The notes below the pieces were generated by a model. That model did not search any database and was not told the origin of the DNA. It worked only from the letters and a program-made list of their open reading frames with translations. 64,000 nt of DNA, from the NCBI GenBank assembly GCA_050916045.1, contig CP051526.1, positions 3,552,001 to 3,616,000 of the forward strand. The letters run 5' to 3'. Positions 19,971 through 29,453 of the stretch are shown piece by piece. Position 1 is the first letter of the stretch. Every line of letters begins with the position of its first letter. The position numbers were made by a program, and so were the translations under genes. The DNA comes from Tepidisphaera sp. Its GTDB lineage: Bacteria > Planctomycetota > Phycisphaerae > Phycisphaerales > UBA1924.

Positions 19971-20612
19971 CTACACCGTCCCGTACATCCGGTCCCCCGC
20001 GTCCCCAAGCCCCGGGCAGATGTACCCGCGCTCGTTCAGCTGGCGGTCCAGAGCCGCCGTGTAGATCGTGACGTCCGGGTGCTCGCCAAGCATCTTGCGC
20101 ACGCCCTCCGGAGCCGCGACCAGCGCGATCATGCGGATGTCCTTGGCCCCCGCTTCCTTCAGCAGGCGGATCGCCGCGCGAGCGGAGCCGCCGGTGGCGA
20201 GCATCGGGTCAACGAGAATCACCGGGCCGTTCGCCAGGTCCTTGGGCAGTTTGCGGAGGTACGTCACCGGCTCGAGCGTCTCCTCATCGCGGGCCAGACC
20301 CAGATGCCCCACCCGTGCTTCGGGCATCATCTCCAGGATCCCCTCCGTCATCGCCAGGCCCGACCGAAGCACCGGCACCACGGTGATCGTTCCCGCAAGC
20401 CGGCGACAGGTCGCAAGCTCGAGCGGCGTCTGTACCTCGACCGCCTCCGTCGGGAACGTCCGCGTCGCTTCGAAAACCATCAGCCCGGCGATCTGATAAA
20501 GGAGAGCCCGGAAGGGACGAAAGCTCGTCGACTGATCCCGGATCCAGCTGAGCTTGTGCTGGATGAGCGGATGATCGAACACCACCAGGTTCGGGAATTC
20601 GGTCGAGCGCAT
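19971..20612 (-). CDS. upp: Uracil phosphoribosyltransferase
   Basis: HPLIQHKL, VPVLRSG, VDPMLATGGS, YICPGLGDAGDR; GGAGG before ATG 20612. Confidence 0.96.
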   Translation of the reverse strand: MRSTEFPNLVVFDHPLIQHKLSWIRDQSTSFRPFRALLYQIAGLMVFEATRTFPTEAVEVQTPLELATCRRLAGTITVVPVLRSGLAMTEGILEMMPEARVGHLGLARDEETLEPVTYLRKLPKDLANGPVILVDPMLATGGSARAAIRLLKEAGAKDIRMIALVAAPEGVRKMLGEHPDVTIYTAALDRQLNERGYICPGLGDAGDRMYGTV

Positions 20613-20650
20613 GCCTGGCCTCCCCCCCACCGCGCCGATCGTCGCGCCGG

Positions 20651-21193
20651 TCATCGGACCGTCCGGTTGAGCTGAACAACCTTGTCAGCGACCTCGTTGG
20701 GCACGGGGAACGACAGGTTGTACTGGGACACCAGCCAGCGGCCCCCGAGCTTGCGAAGCACGCCCGATCCGCGGCAAAGCCCGTACTTCTCGTTCATCAG
20801 CATCTCGTCGAACCACGCGGTGTTCCCGGCTTGCTCGATCACCACGTTCCTCGACTCGGGCACGAGGGCGTACGCCCAGCCCTGGCCCTGATCGAAGTAG
20901 TGCTTCACGAACTTCGCGAACTCCGCGCTGTTCCATCGCTCCTTGGGATCCGTCCCCAGGAAGATCAGATCCGGTGCAAAGCACCCGAGATACCCGCCCA
21001 AATCCGCTTTCGCCGCCGCCGCGTGCATCGCGTCAAGCGTCGTATTCACCCCGCGACGCTCAGCGGAAAAATCGACGATCAGAGCTTTCAAACGCTCCTC
21101 CTCCGCCTTTGCGGCTTTCCCGGACGAGCAGGACACCTGACCGCCAACCGCCACAACCGCCAAGCCCCAAAGCACCATGGATCGGATCTTCAT
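20651..21193 (-). CDS. SnoaL/NTF2-like domain lipoprotein
   Basis: Signal with VSC lipobox; FLGTDPKERW, AWFDE, RGSGVL, QYNLSFPVPN. Confidence 0.8.
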   Translation of the reverse strand: MKIRSMVLWGLAVVAVGGQVSCSSGKAAKAEEERLKALIVDFSAERRGVNTTLDAMHAAAAKADLGGYLGCFAPDLIFLGTDPKERWNSAEFAKFVKHYFDQGQGWAYALVPESRNVVIEQAGNTAWFDEMLMNEKYGLCRGSGVLRKLGGRWLVSQYNLSFPVPNEVADKVVQLNRTVR

Positions 21194-21283
21194 GTCGGCA
21201 TTCTACCGAAACCAGCCCCACCCCGGCAGCCCACGCCCGTCCCCTGTGCACACATCGCAACACCCCTCGCTACCCTCCGCCCA

Positions 21284-22207
21284 GTGGACGTCCACCTCCT
21301 CTACAACCCGCGATCCGGAGCCGGACGCGCCCGCCTGCTCGCGGCCCGGTTCGAATCAGCGCTCCGCGCCGCCGGCATCCCCGTCTTCCCCCATCCGACG
21401 CACGATGAGCGTGGCGCACTCAACCCCCCTCCCCAGCCGGGCCTCCTCGGAGGCTCGCTTCTGGCCGTCATCGGGGGAGATGGCACGATCCACCACGCAG
21501 CGCCCCTCGCGGCCCGCTCGGGAGCCGCTCTCTACCACATCCCCGCCGGAACCGAGAACCTCTTCGCCCGACACCACAGCATGGACGCGAGCCCGGAAAC
21601 GCTCATCCGTGCGCTCCGCTCACCACGCATCGTCCCGATGGATCTTGGCGCCTGCAACGACCACCCTTTTGTGCTGATGGCTTCCATCGGGCCCGACGCG
21701 AGCGTCATCCACCGGCTGGACGGCACACGCACCGGGCCGATCAAGCAGTCCTCGTACGTGGTGCCGATCCTGCGGGAGTTCTTCGATCCTCAACTGCCCC
21801 GGCTTGACGTGGTGGTCGATGGCAAGCCTTGGCTCCGCGCCGCTCGTGGCATCTTGGTGGTCGGGAACAGCCCCCACTACGCCTGGAGGTTGAACCCGGC
21901 TCGCCAAGCCGTCGCGGACGACGGCTTGCTGGACGCGGCTTTCTACCCCTGCGAGACCATTGCCGACACCATGGGCTGGGCGGCCACCCTTCTCGTCCAA
22001 CGATCCGGCTCGCTGGGTGGCGCGCCCGCGCGGCGCGGACGGCAATTCGTCGCCCACTCCCTTGACGGCCCGGCACGGCTCCAGATGGACGGTGAGGTCC
22101 CGCCGCGCCGACCAGCACCCGATCAGGGTGCTGAGTCCGATCAGTTCAAGTTTGAAGTCCGACCCGGTGTTCTCAAGGTTCTCAGCCCGATTACAAATCT
22201 TACATAG
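21284..22207 (+). CDS. Diacylglycerol/lipid kinase family protein
   Basis: YNPRSGAG, GGDGT, PAGTENLFA, DDGLLD, QMDGE; GTG start at 21284. Confidence 0.88.
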   Translation: MDVHLLYNPRSGAGRARLLAARFESALRAAGIPVFPHPTHDERGALNPPPQPGLLGGSLLAVIGGDGTIHHAAPLAARSGAALYHIPAGTENLFARHHSMDASPETLIRALRSPRIVPMDLGACNDHPFVLMASIGPDASVIHRLDGTRTGPIKQSSYVVPILREFFDPQLPRLDVVVDGKPWLRAARGILVVGNSPHYAWRLNPARQAVADDGLLDAAFYPCETIADTMGWAATLLVQRSGSLGGAPARRGRQFVAHSLDGPARLQMDGEVPPRRPAPDQGAESDQFKFEVRPGVLKVLSPITNLT

Positions 22208-22318
22208 ACCAAACATCATGCGAATCATTGTGCCGGAGATCCCGCGAAGGCCGCGAGGCCGAAAGGAAAGCCGGTACGATACGAGGAGCAGGGTGGCCTG
22301 CACGGGTGAGGGGAATCT

Positions 22319-22846
22319 ATGGAAGATCGACGATGTGGGCATCAGTGTGGCTGTCATCGGACCGGATTGGGGCCGGCGGCTTTGGCCGTGGACCTCTCGG
22401 ATGAGACTGGCAAGCTGACCACGAACGATCAGACCGGGCTGTCCGATCTCCTCCGCCGCGCGGGAGCCGAGCTCGACGCCTCCGGCGAGATTCGGCTTCG
22501 GGTCGTGGACGACGCCGTCATGGCCGACCTGCACCGGAGGCACTCGGGAATCCCCGGCACTACGGACGTCCTGACGTTTGACCTCCGCCCGATGGGGCTG
22601 GGCCCGCTTGATACCGATATCGTCGTCTGCTGGGACGAAGCCGTGCGGCAAGCGTCCGTGCGAGGCCACTCTCCGCAGCGCGAGCTTCTGCTTTACGGCC
22701 TGCACGGCATCCTGCACTGCATGGGCCACGACGATCATGACGAGCTCGCGTACGCCCGGATGCACGCGGCCGAAGACGCGGTCCTGACGGCAATCGGCGT
22801 CGGGCCGGTCTTTGCCAAGCCCGCCACCGAAGGAGGAGCATCTTGA
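22319..22846 (+). CDS. ybeY: rRNA maturation endoribonuclease YbeY (start uncertain)
   Basis: TDVLTF and HGILHCMGHDD (H3xH5x-type metal motif). Confidence 0.85.
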   Translation: MEDRRCGHQCGCHRTGLGPAALAVDLSDETGKLTTNDQTGLSDLLRRAGAELDASGEIRLRVVDDAVMADLHRRHSGIPGTTDVLTFDLRPMGLGPLDTDIVVCWDEAVRQASVRGHSPQRELLLYGLHGILHCMGHDDHDELAYARMHAAEDAVLTAIGVGPVFAKPATEGGAS

Positions 22847-24222
22847 ACGCGGCTGCCTGGCTCTGGACCGCTGTGCTCGCCGTCGCGGTCGGCGGGTTTG
22901 TCTCGTCGCTTTTCCACGCGCTGTCGGACCTTTCCCGCGCCCGCCTCGAAGAGATCGCGGCGGAGCAGAAGAGCGCCTGGCGCGAACGAAGCCTCAAAGC
23001 GGTGCTCGCGAATCTCTCCGGGCACGCCCACGCCGTCGGGCTTCTCCGCATCCTCTGCAACGCCACCGCCGCGGTCACGACGACGCTTGGAATCAACCTC
23101 CTCCGCGCTGCGGACCCCTCAAACCCGCCGCCCCCGGGCTGGGTGGACATGAGCTTGGGCGTGCCGCTCGCCGCCGTCGTCGTCTGGATGTTCGGCCTGA
23201 TCATCCCGGCCAGCGTCGCTCGCCACGCCGGCGAGCAGGCCGTGTACGCCTTCGCTCCCTTCATCCGCCTGGTCTTCGCCGCGACGCTCCCAGTGCAGGC
23301 CGTCGCGAAGTTCCTCGACGAGGTCGTCCGCCGCCTCTCGGGCCAGACGGCACAGCAGAAAGCCGAGGAGATCAAAGAGGAAGTCCTCTCCGTCGTCGAG
23401 GAAGCCACCCAGGAGGGCGGGTTCGACGAAGCCGAAGCCGACATGATCGAAGCCGTCGTTCACTTCAGCGGGACCACCGTCGGCCAGATCATGACCCCGC
23501 GCACCGAGATCGAAGCGATGGAGCTGACCAACGACCTCGGTCGCGTCATCGCTCAGGTCAGAAAGGGCGGCAAGAGTCGCATCCCCGTCTACGAGGGCTC
23601 GCTCGACAAGATCGTCGGCATTTTCTACGTGAAGGACCTCATGCGCTGGCTCGCGGGCGAGGGCCGGTCGGGCGGCAAGCCCTTCGCTCTTCGCACCATC
23701 CTGCGACCCGCGATTTTCGTCCCCGAAACCAAGACCGTCCGCGAGCTGCTTCAGGAACTCATCGAGAAACGCGTCCACATCGCGATCGTCGCGGATGAGT
23801 TCGGCGGCACCGCCGGCCTCGTCACCTTCGAGGACATCACCGAGCAGGTCTTCGGCGACATCCAGGACGAATACGAGGTCCCCGAATCCCTCGAGAGCGA
23901 CGTCACCATCGAGCAGGGCGGCGCCCAGATCGACGCCCGTGCGTACATCACCGACGTCAACGAGCAGCTCGAACCCCTGGGCATCAAGCTCCCCGAGGGC
24001 GAGGACTACGACACCGTCGGCGGATGGGTCACGGTCTCGATGGGCCGCATCCCCGGCAAGGGCGACAACGCCACGCTCGAGGGAATCGCCGTCGAGGTGC
24101 TCGAAGCCGAGCCCACCCGCGTCACGCGCGTGCGACTCTCCCGACGATCGATCGACCCCGCCGCCGAAGGCCCGCAGGGCGAAGCCCGCGACGCCGCGAG
24201 CATCGCCTCCGCCGAGGAATAA
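22843..24222 (+). CDS. Hemolysin/CorC (CNNM-CBS-CBS-CorC) family membrane protein
   Basis: N-terminal TM segments, IMTPRTEI, SRIPVY, FVPETK, DEFGGTAGLVTFEDI, DYDTVGG; TTG start overlaps ybeY stop. Confidence 0.9.
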   Translation: MNAAAWLWTAVLAVAVGGFVSSLFHALSDLSRARLEEIAAEQKSAWRERSLKAVLANLSGHAHAVGLLRILCNATAAVTTTLGINLLRAADPSNPPPPGWVDMSLGVPLAAVVVWMFGLIIPASVARHAGEQAVYAFAPFIRLVFAATLPVQAVAKFLDEVVRRLSGQTAQQKAEEIKEEVLSVVEEATQEGGFDEAEADMIEAVVHFSGTTVGQIMTPRTEIEAMELTNDLGRVIAQVRKGGKSRIPVYEGSLDKIVGIFYVKDLMRWLAGEGRSGGKPFALRTILRPAIFVPETKTVRELLQELIEKRVHIAIVADEFGGTAGLVTFEDITEQVFGDIQDEYEVPESLESDVTIEQGGAQIDARAYITDVNEQLEPLGIKLPEGEDYDTVGGWVTVSMGRIPGKGDNATLEGIAVEVLEAEPTRVTRVRLSRRSIDPAAEGPQGEARDAASIASAEE

Positions 24223-24231
24223 CCCCGTTCC

Positions 24232-24705
24232 ATGATCCGACACCGCCTCGTGCTTGCCCTCTCGCCCGTTGCCGCGCCAGCCGACGCTTCCGCGCGTCAC
24301 CCCACGCTTGCCGACCAAGAGCAGCTCGCCGAACTGATGTTCCACGCATACCGCGGGACGATCGACGATTCCGGAGAGACCCTCGCGGACGCCCATGTCG
24401 AAGCCCGCAAGTTTTTCGACGGCGGGTACGGCCCGCTCTCGCTCGGCTGCAGCGAGGTGACCGAGCGTGACGGACGCATCGTGGCCGCGACGCTCGTCAC
24501 GCGCTGGGAGGGCGTGCCGCTGCTCGCGATGACGATGACGCACCCGGAATGGAAACGGCGCGGGCTGGCCCGGGCTTCGATGCTCAGGGTGATCAACTTG
24601 CTCTGCGAGCACGGGGAGCGCGAGGTGCACCTGGCGGTGACCGCCGGAAATCCGGCCGAGACGATGTACCGGCAGTTGGGCTTTGCCGACTTTGTCCGCG
24701 GCTGA
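24232..24705 (+). CDS. GNAT family N-acetyltransferase
   Basis: THPEWKRRGLAR motif A, LAVTAGNPA...YRQLGF. Confidence 0.85.
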   Translation: MIRHRLVLALSPVAAPADASARHPTLADQEQLAELMFHAYRGTIDDSGETLADAHVEARKFFDGGYGPLSLGCSEVTERDGRIVAATLVTRWEGVPLLAMTMTHPEWKRRGLARASMLRVINLLCEHGEREVHLAVTAGNPAETMYRQLGFADFVRG

Positions 24706-24729
24706 CCGAAGCTCGGGCGGAAAAAGAAA

Positions 24730-24761
24730 GCGGGCGTGCTCATCGGGATGAGCACGCCCGC
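24730..24761. terminator. Probable bidirectional terminator between convergent genes
   Basis: gcgggcgtgctcatc gg gatgagcacgcccgc flanked by an A-run and a T-rich run. Confidence 0.85.
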
Positions 24762-24784
24762 GTTGTTTGTGAACGATGGACCGC

Positions 24785-27574
24785 TTAACAGCCGGCTTCG
24801 AACGCCGTCACGAAGTCGGCGTAGTCGAAGAAGTCCGCGAAGCCGTCGCCGTTGAAGTCGGCGTTCTTCCCGGGCGGGCAGTTGCCTTCGAAGCAAGCGA
24901 CGTAATCGCCGTAGTCGAAGAAGTCCAGGAACCCGTCACCGTTGAAGTCCGGAGCGCAGGTCACGCAGCCGAACTCGGTCACGCGGACGGAGTCAAACGC
25001 GGCTTCGACGGTGGAATCAAGCACGCCGTCGCCGACCGTGATCCTCATGTAGAAGCGGTCGGACTTGAGGTTGGCGGGAAGCTCGAAGTTCTTGAAGATC
25101 CAGCCGCCGACGGCTTCAGGGCCGGTCGGGCCGGCGCGGTCGAGGCGGGTGAAGTCGATTCCGCCGTTGGAAGAGACCTCGATGGACATCGAGTCGCCGC
25201 CCGGATTCGGGCCGGTGTTGTTGCTCAACCAGCGGGCGTACGAGAGGTACACCAGACCCCCGCGCGTGTCGAGCCCGCGGGTGTAGAGGCGGACCGACTG
25301 GCCGTCGATGTCCTCGCCCGGAGCAAGACCCGTCACGTAGCAGAACCCGTCGCCGCCGAAGTCGGCCGAGGGAGCGCCCGACGAAGCCTGCGGGATGCCG
25401 CGTTCCCAGCCGCCCGGATTCGCCGGCACCGTCTCGCTCGTCAGCCACGTGCCATCGTTGGTCGCAAAGTCCGAACCATACTTGACGATCGCCTGACCGG
25501 CGGAGAGCGCCGTGTAGTAGCCGGTGCCCACGGGGCTCCGGGCGTTGCCGCCCGTCGTCGCCGCCAGGAACGCGAAGGAGAGGCGGTCAAGGCACGGCGT
25601 AGCGGGAAGCGTCGCGATGTACTCGTTCACACCGATGCGCTGCATCGGCGTGATGACATCCGCCTGACCGGGAAGCTTGGAGACAAGCGAAGCGTTGCCG
25701 TCGATCGGCGTCGCCGCAAGACCCGCAACGCGGACACGCACCGTCTGGGTCGTGTTGGGACGAAGCGACGTCGGCAGGCCCTCGGGGAAATCGAACGTCG
25801 CGAGCGTCAGGGGCGGAGCGTTCATGTTGTGGAGCGAGAAGCCGGCGTTGATCTCCGCGTAGTGCGGCGTGCCGTTGGTGATGTCGCCGTCGGTATCGTC
25901 CAACGTCAGCCAGTCGATCGTGATGTCCGGCGCGATGTTGCCCTGACCCGCGTGCAGAGGCACCGCGTTCACCGCGAGACGCGCCAGAATCGTGCGGTAA
26001 TCGGTGATCCCAGCCGAAACCATCACGTTCCGCGTGTCCCACACGCAGCCGGAGATGAGCATGCCGCAGTCGTGGAAGCCGCCGTTGCACGGGTAAGTCC
26101 GCAGCGTGCGAGCGTCACGCAGACCGTTGTTGCAGTCGTTGAAGAACCCGAACGCAAGCACCGGCTGATCGGTGATCAGCACGCCCATCACGTCCGACAT
26201 GCCCTCGCCGTACTGGTCCTGGAGCGAACCGCCCGTGTTCACGAGGTGGTGCCCGTACTCGTGGTGCACGATGTCGTTGTACGCCGTGTTGGGGCAGCCG
26301 CCGCCCGCGTTGAAGAAGTTCGTCGAGTCGTTGGGGAAGTAGAACGCGTTGCACGTCCCGCTCACGCCGACGTTGATCCGCCACTCCGTCTGCGTCGAGA
26401 TCGTCGGGTAGTTCGGCGAAGCCGCGAGGATGAAGTCACGCACCACGACGTGGTGGTGGTACGCGTTCACCTCGGCGCGGGCCATCTCGGAGGTGTTGGC
26501 CGCGTTGAGGACGATGTCGGGCGCCGCGCCCGGCGCGGTCGCGTTCACGCTGATCGCCGGAGCGTCGGCGCTGGGATTGAAGACGCGGAAGTGGATGCCG
26601 CGCGGGCTGCCAGAGATCGTCGCCGGCCCGTTCGCGAGGTTCAGCGTGTAGTTGCCGGCCGCATCGGTGAACGTCGTCGCGGCGCCGCTCGTGACGCGGA
26701 GATCCTTGAGCGGGATCGAGGCTTCCTCGTTGCACTCCGCGGACTTGAGGCCCTGCGTCGCGATGCCGCGAACGCGGCCGGTCACGTCGGCGTTGCAGAT
26801 CATGTTTTCGGTGCTGATCACGCGGCCCGTCGCGGCGTCCGCGATCACACGCCACGCGCCGAAACCGGGCGAGATCGTCGACTCATGCGTCTTGGCGACA
26901 AACGAAAGCGCGAGAACCGGAGGCGTCTGAGCTTCCAGCGTTCCGGCATAGATGACAAGCTCATAGTCGCCCATGATGCCGTTCTTGACCGCGGGCAGCG
27001 CCTCGCGGATCGCCGCGTCCGCCGCGGCGAAGTTGGGGTTCTCCGCGACCGCGCGATCGACCCGGAAATCACCCAGATCGAACGTCGCATTCGTCACCAG
27101 CACCAGCGGATTGCCCGGCTCGTTGCGGACCAGCGCCCGCACGTGCGACCGGTACACCTCCACGCCGTCGCGGTGCTGGCCGTAGCCCACCAGTGTGAAC
27201 TTCATCCCGCCGTTGCCGTCGGGCATCAGCGGCACCGTCATCACGCCGTCTTCCGAAAGCGTCCGCTGGAAAAGATCAGACCCCTGAACGCCGAGAACGC
27301 CCGCGAATCGCCGAAGGAAAGCGTTCGCGCTCGAGACCGCGTCCTCGCCCTCGGAGAACGCCGGACCGTACACGCGCGTCACGCGCTCGCCCTCGCGATA
27401 GAACCGCGCCAGCGGATGCGTGCGAGCGAAATCCTCCGCCACGCTCAAATGCACCGCAGCCGGGCCCTGCTCATTGACCGGGGAAAATCCCTGCCTTGGC
27501 TCGAGAGCGATCGCCGCTCCCGCCGCCGCCGCAAACGCTGCCGCTGTCCATCCGCGCAACACCCGTGCATTCAT
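24785..27574 (-). CDS. Secreted thermolysin-like (M4/M36-type) zinc metalloprotease with C-terminal GC-type dockerin-like module
   Basis: Signal peptide, propeptide-like region, CNAFY, DIVHHEYGH...GEGMSD gluzincin motif; tail CAPDFNGDG...FEAGC*; ATG 27574 after GAGGAG. Confidence 0.85.
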   Translation of the reverse strand: MNARVLRGWTAAAFAAAAGAAIALEPRQGFSPVNEQGPAAVHLSVAEDFARTHPLARFYREGERVTRVYGPAFSEGEDAVSSANAFLRRFAGVLGVQGSDLFQRTLSEDGVMTVPLMPDGNGGMKFTLVGYGQHRDGVEVYRSHVRALVRNEPGNPLVLVTNATFDLGDFRVDRAVAENPNFAAADAAIREALPAVKNGIMGDYELVIYAGTLEAQTPPVLALSFVAKTHESTISPGFGAWRVIADAATGRVISTENMICNADVTGRVRGIATQGLKSAECNEEASIPLKDLRVTSGAATTFTDAAGNYTLNLANGPATISGSPRGIHFRVFNPSADAPAISVNATAPGAAPDIVLNAANTSEMARAEVNAYHHHVVVRDFILAASPNYPTISTQTEWRINVGVSGTCNAFYFPNDSTNFFNAGGGCPNTAYNDIVHHEYGHHLVNTGGSLQDQYGEGMSDVMGVLITDQPVLAFGFFNDCNNGLRDARTLRTYPCNGGFHDCGMLISGCVWDTRNVMVSAGITDYRTILARLAVNAVPLHAGQGNIAPDITIDWLTLDDTDGDITNGTPHYAEINAGFSLHNMNAPPLTLATFDFPEGLPTSLRPNTTQTVRVRVAGLAATPIDGNASLVSKLPGQADVITPMQRIGVNEYIATLPATPCLDRLSFAFLAATTGGNARSPVGTGYYTALSAGQAIVKYGSDFATNDGTWLTSETVPANPGGWERGIPQASSGAPSADFGGDGFCYVTGLAPGEDIDGQSVRLYTRGLDTRGGLVYLSYARWLSNNTGPNPGGDSMSIEVSSNGGIDFTRLDRAGPTGPEAVGGWIFKNFELPANLKSDRFYMRITVGDGVLDSTVEAAFDSVRVTEFGCVTCAPDFNGDGFLDFFDYGDYVACFEGNCPPGKNADFNGDGFADFFDYADFVTAFEAGC

Positions 27575-27754
27575 TTCAGAACTCCTCGTGGCCGCGTCGT
27601 CACCCGAAAGCCGGGCTTCGGCGCGATCAAACAGATTACCACAACGGTATCCTAATTGTTCCCAAACACGATTGGTTTCCGCAAACTTTGAGCCGCCACA
27701 ACCCGGGAACCCCTTGGAGGCGATGGTGAGAGCCAAACGCCACAGCGGAAAAAC

Positions 27755-27788
27755 AACACCGCCCGGACCTTGAGGTCCGGGCGGTGTT
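27755..27788 (-). terminator. Terminator downstream of tRNA-Ala
   Basis: aacaccgcccggacc ttga ggtccgggcggtgtt; GTTTTT follows on the minus strand. Confidence 0.85.
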
Positions 27789-27793
27789 CAAAG

Positions 27794-27868
27794 TGGAGGC
27801 GACGAGACTCGAACTCGTGACCTCATCCATGCCATGGATGCGCTCTACCAAAACTGAGCTACGCCCCC
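27794..27868 (-). tRNA. tRNA-Ala(GGC), CCA not encoded
   Basis: GGGGGCG-TA-GCTC AGTTTTGGTA GAGC-G-CATCC ATGGCAT GGATG-AGGTC-ACGAG TTCGAGT CTCGT-CGCCTCC-A; G3-U70 identity pair and A32-U38 present. Confidence 0.97.
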
Positions 27869-27918
27869 GTATCCACTTTTTGCCCCGACCCGCCGCCGAA
27901 GCGTCAGGCCGAGTCACC

Positions 27919-27946
27919 ATCCTAGGGCCCAGCCCCGGAGGGTCAA
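27919..27946 (-). promoter_or_regulatory. Sigma70-type promoter of tRNA-Ala
   Basis: Minus strand TTGACC-N16-TAGGAT. Confidence 0.65.
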
Positions 27947-27980
27947 GCCCTCAGCCTATCGGCTGTCGTGAGGCCCGACT

Positions 27981-29081
27981 TCATATTCGGACTTTGTTCT
28001 CCGCGGCTCCGGTCTTGAGCACCGCTTCGCAGGATTCCCGAACGGTCGGCTCCTCGATCCGGTCGATGCGGCATCGCTCAGGATGGTCGTTGGCAAGCTC
28101 GGTCTCGGGCAGCGTCGGATCGGCGAGCAGGATGCGCTCGGGGCCGCCCGGACGCGTCGCAATCGTCGTCCATCTGTGGTCGGTCGGACCGAACATCGTC
28201 ACCAGCGGCACGCCGAACGCCGCCGCCAAGTGCCGAGGGCCGGTGTCGTTGGTCACCATCAGCGATGAACGTCGGATGATCGACTTCAGCGACCCGATCG
28301 TGATGCCAAGCGCGGGGAGCGCGGCGCACGCGGAGCCCAGTCCCGACTCGGAAGCGATCCGCTCGGTCAGTTCCCGCTCACCCGGCGAACCGTTGACCAG
28401 AACTCGCAATCCGTACGTCCGGTGAAGCCAAGCCGCCAGACTTGCGAACCGGTCCGCGGGCCAGCGCTTGGCTTCGTTGTTCCCGCCCGGGTTCAGAATC
28501 GCGAACCGGTCGGTCTCGGCGATCCCGGCACGCGTCAGCAGCCCGCGCCCGCTTTCTTCCTGCTCAGACGTCACGCCGAGCTCGAGAAACGCCTCGCCGG
28601 AAGCGGCAGCGGATCTCTCGCCGATCAGGCACTCGCGTACCAGCCGCAGGTAGTAGTCCACAGCGGGCACGATCGCCCAAGAGCCGTCGGGCCGCGTCGG
28701 AGCTTTGATCTTGTCCGTCAGAAGCACGCCGCGGAGGTCGCGGTCGTAGCCGATGCGGCGCGGGATCCCCGCGAGTCTGGTCGTGAGCGCGGTCGAGAAT
28801 GAGTTGGTGAACAGGACCGCCGCGTCGTACCGGCGCGGACGCACCTTCGCCGCCGCGTGCTTGGGGCCCATGACCCCGCTCGCCCGGGCGATGTGCGTTT
28901 CGTCGAAGAAATCGGTGCCCGCGAGCAGCTCATCCAGCCCCGGCCGCATCAGACCGCCGACGAAGATCCCCGGAAAGCTCCGCCGGATCAGGCGGAGCGC
29001 CGGCGTCGCCATCGCGGTATCGCCCAGCCAGCTCGGGCAGACGACCAAAAGCCGCAGAATCTCGCCCTTGCTCCGGCTCAC
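27981..29081 (-). CDS. Glycosyltransferase family 9 (LPS heptosyltransferase II-like)
   Basis: PSWLGD, NSFSTAL, LNPGG...AKRWP, VTNDTGPRHLAAA, FGPTD. Confidence 0.9.
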   Translation of the reverse strand: MSRSKGEILRLLVVCPSWLGDTAMATPALRLIRRSFPGIFVGGLMRPGLDELLAGTDFFDETHIARASGVMGPKHAAAKVRPRRYDAAVLFTNSFSTALTTRLAGIPRRIGYDRDLRGVLLTDKIKAPTRPDGSWAIVPAVDYYLRLVRECLIGERSAAASGEAFLELGVTSEQEESGRGLLTRAGIAETDRFAILNPGGNNEAKRWPADRFASLAAWLHRTYGLRVLVNGSPGERELTERIASESGLGSACAALPALGITIGSLKSIIRRSSLMVTNDTGPRHLAAAFGVPLVTMFGPTDHRWTTIATRPGGPERILLADPTLPETELANDHPERCRIDRIEEPTVRESCEAVLKTGAAENKVRI

Positions 29082-29425
29082 CAGCGATCCTCCCCGCCGG
29101 ATTCTCCGCCAAACCCTCCGTCGGGCTCGTCATCCGCGTCGTCGTCTGGCTCATCCACTTCGTGCTCGGGCCAAAGCTCTTCTCCGGGATGGTGCGCCGC
29201 CCACCACGCGTTGGTGGTCCGGCGAAGCTCGGCGGCGAAACCGACCGCCACCACCTCGTGCCCCTCAAGCACCACCTGCAGCCCGCTCGCGTCGGCGTCA
29301 AGCCGCACAATTCGCACGCCGGTCCGCTCCGCCAGCGAGTGTGCGGCCGCGACGACCGCGCCCCGAACCCTCGCGTCCGCGAGCGGCGACCCATCGGCAC
29401 GGAGCGTGGCGGTCGAGACATCCAT
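29078..29425 (-). CDS. Hypothetical protein, possible inactive IS200/Y1-transposase-like fold, with acidic tail
   Basis: Stop overlaps the GT9 start; hydrophobic pattern resembles TnpA(Y1) but HUH and catalytic Tyr are absent. Confidence 0.55.
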   Translation of the reverse strand: MDVSTATLRADGSPLADARVRGAVVAAAHSLAERTGVRIVRLDADASGLQVVLEGHEVVAVGFAAELRRTTNAWWAAHHPGEELWPEHEVDEPDDDADDEPDGGFGGESGGEDRW

Positions 29426-29453
29426 CGTGGTTCATTCTTGCACGCTCGGGCGC

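Noticed and set aside
21700..22400. Slightly lower-GC patch as a possible horizontally acquired island
   Set aside because: Short, lies within host-type genes and an intergenic gap, and shows no mobility signatures.
24785..27736. Longer N-terminal starts given by the ORF track (also ffh 10777, ilvE 35549, astA 50238, S8 58187)
   Set aside because: Downstream starts coincide with family N-termini or signal peptides and/or have SD or -10 motifs; the extensions run into promoters or neighbouring genes.
27755..27868. Integrated element at tRNA-Ala
   Set aside because: The tRNA is followed directly by its terminator; no integrase or duplicated tRNA 3' end seen in the window.
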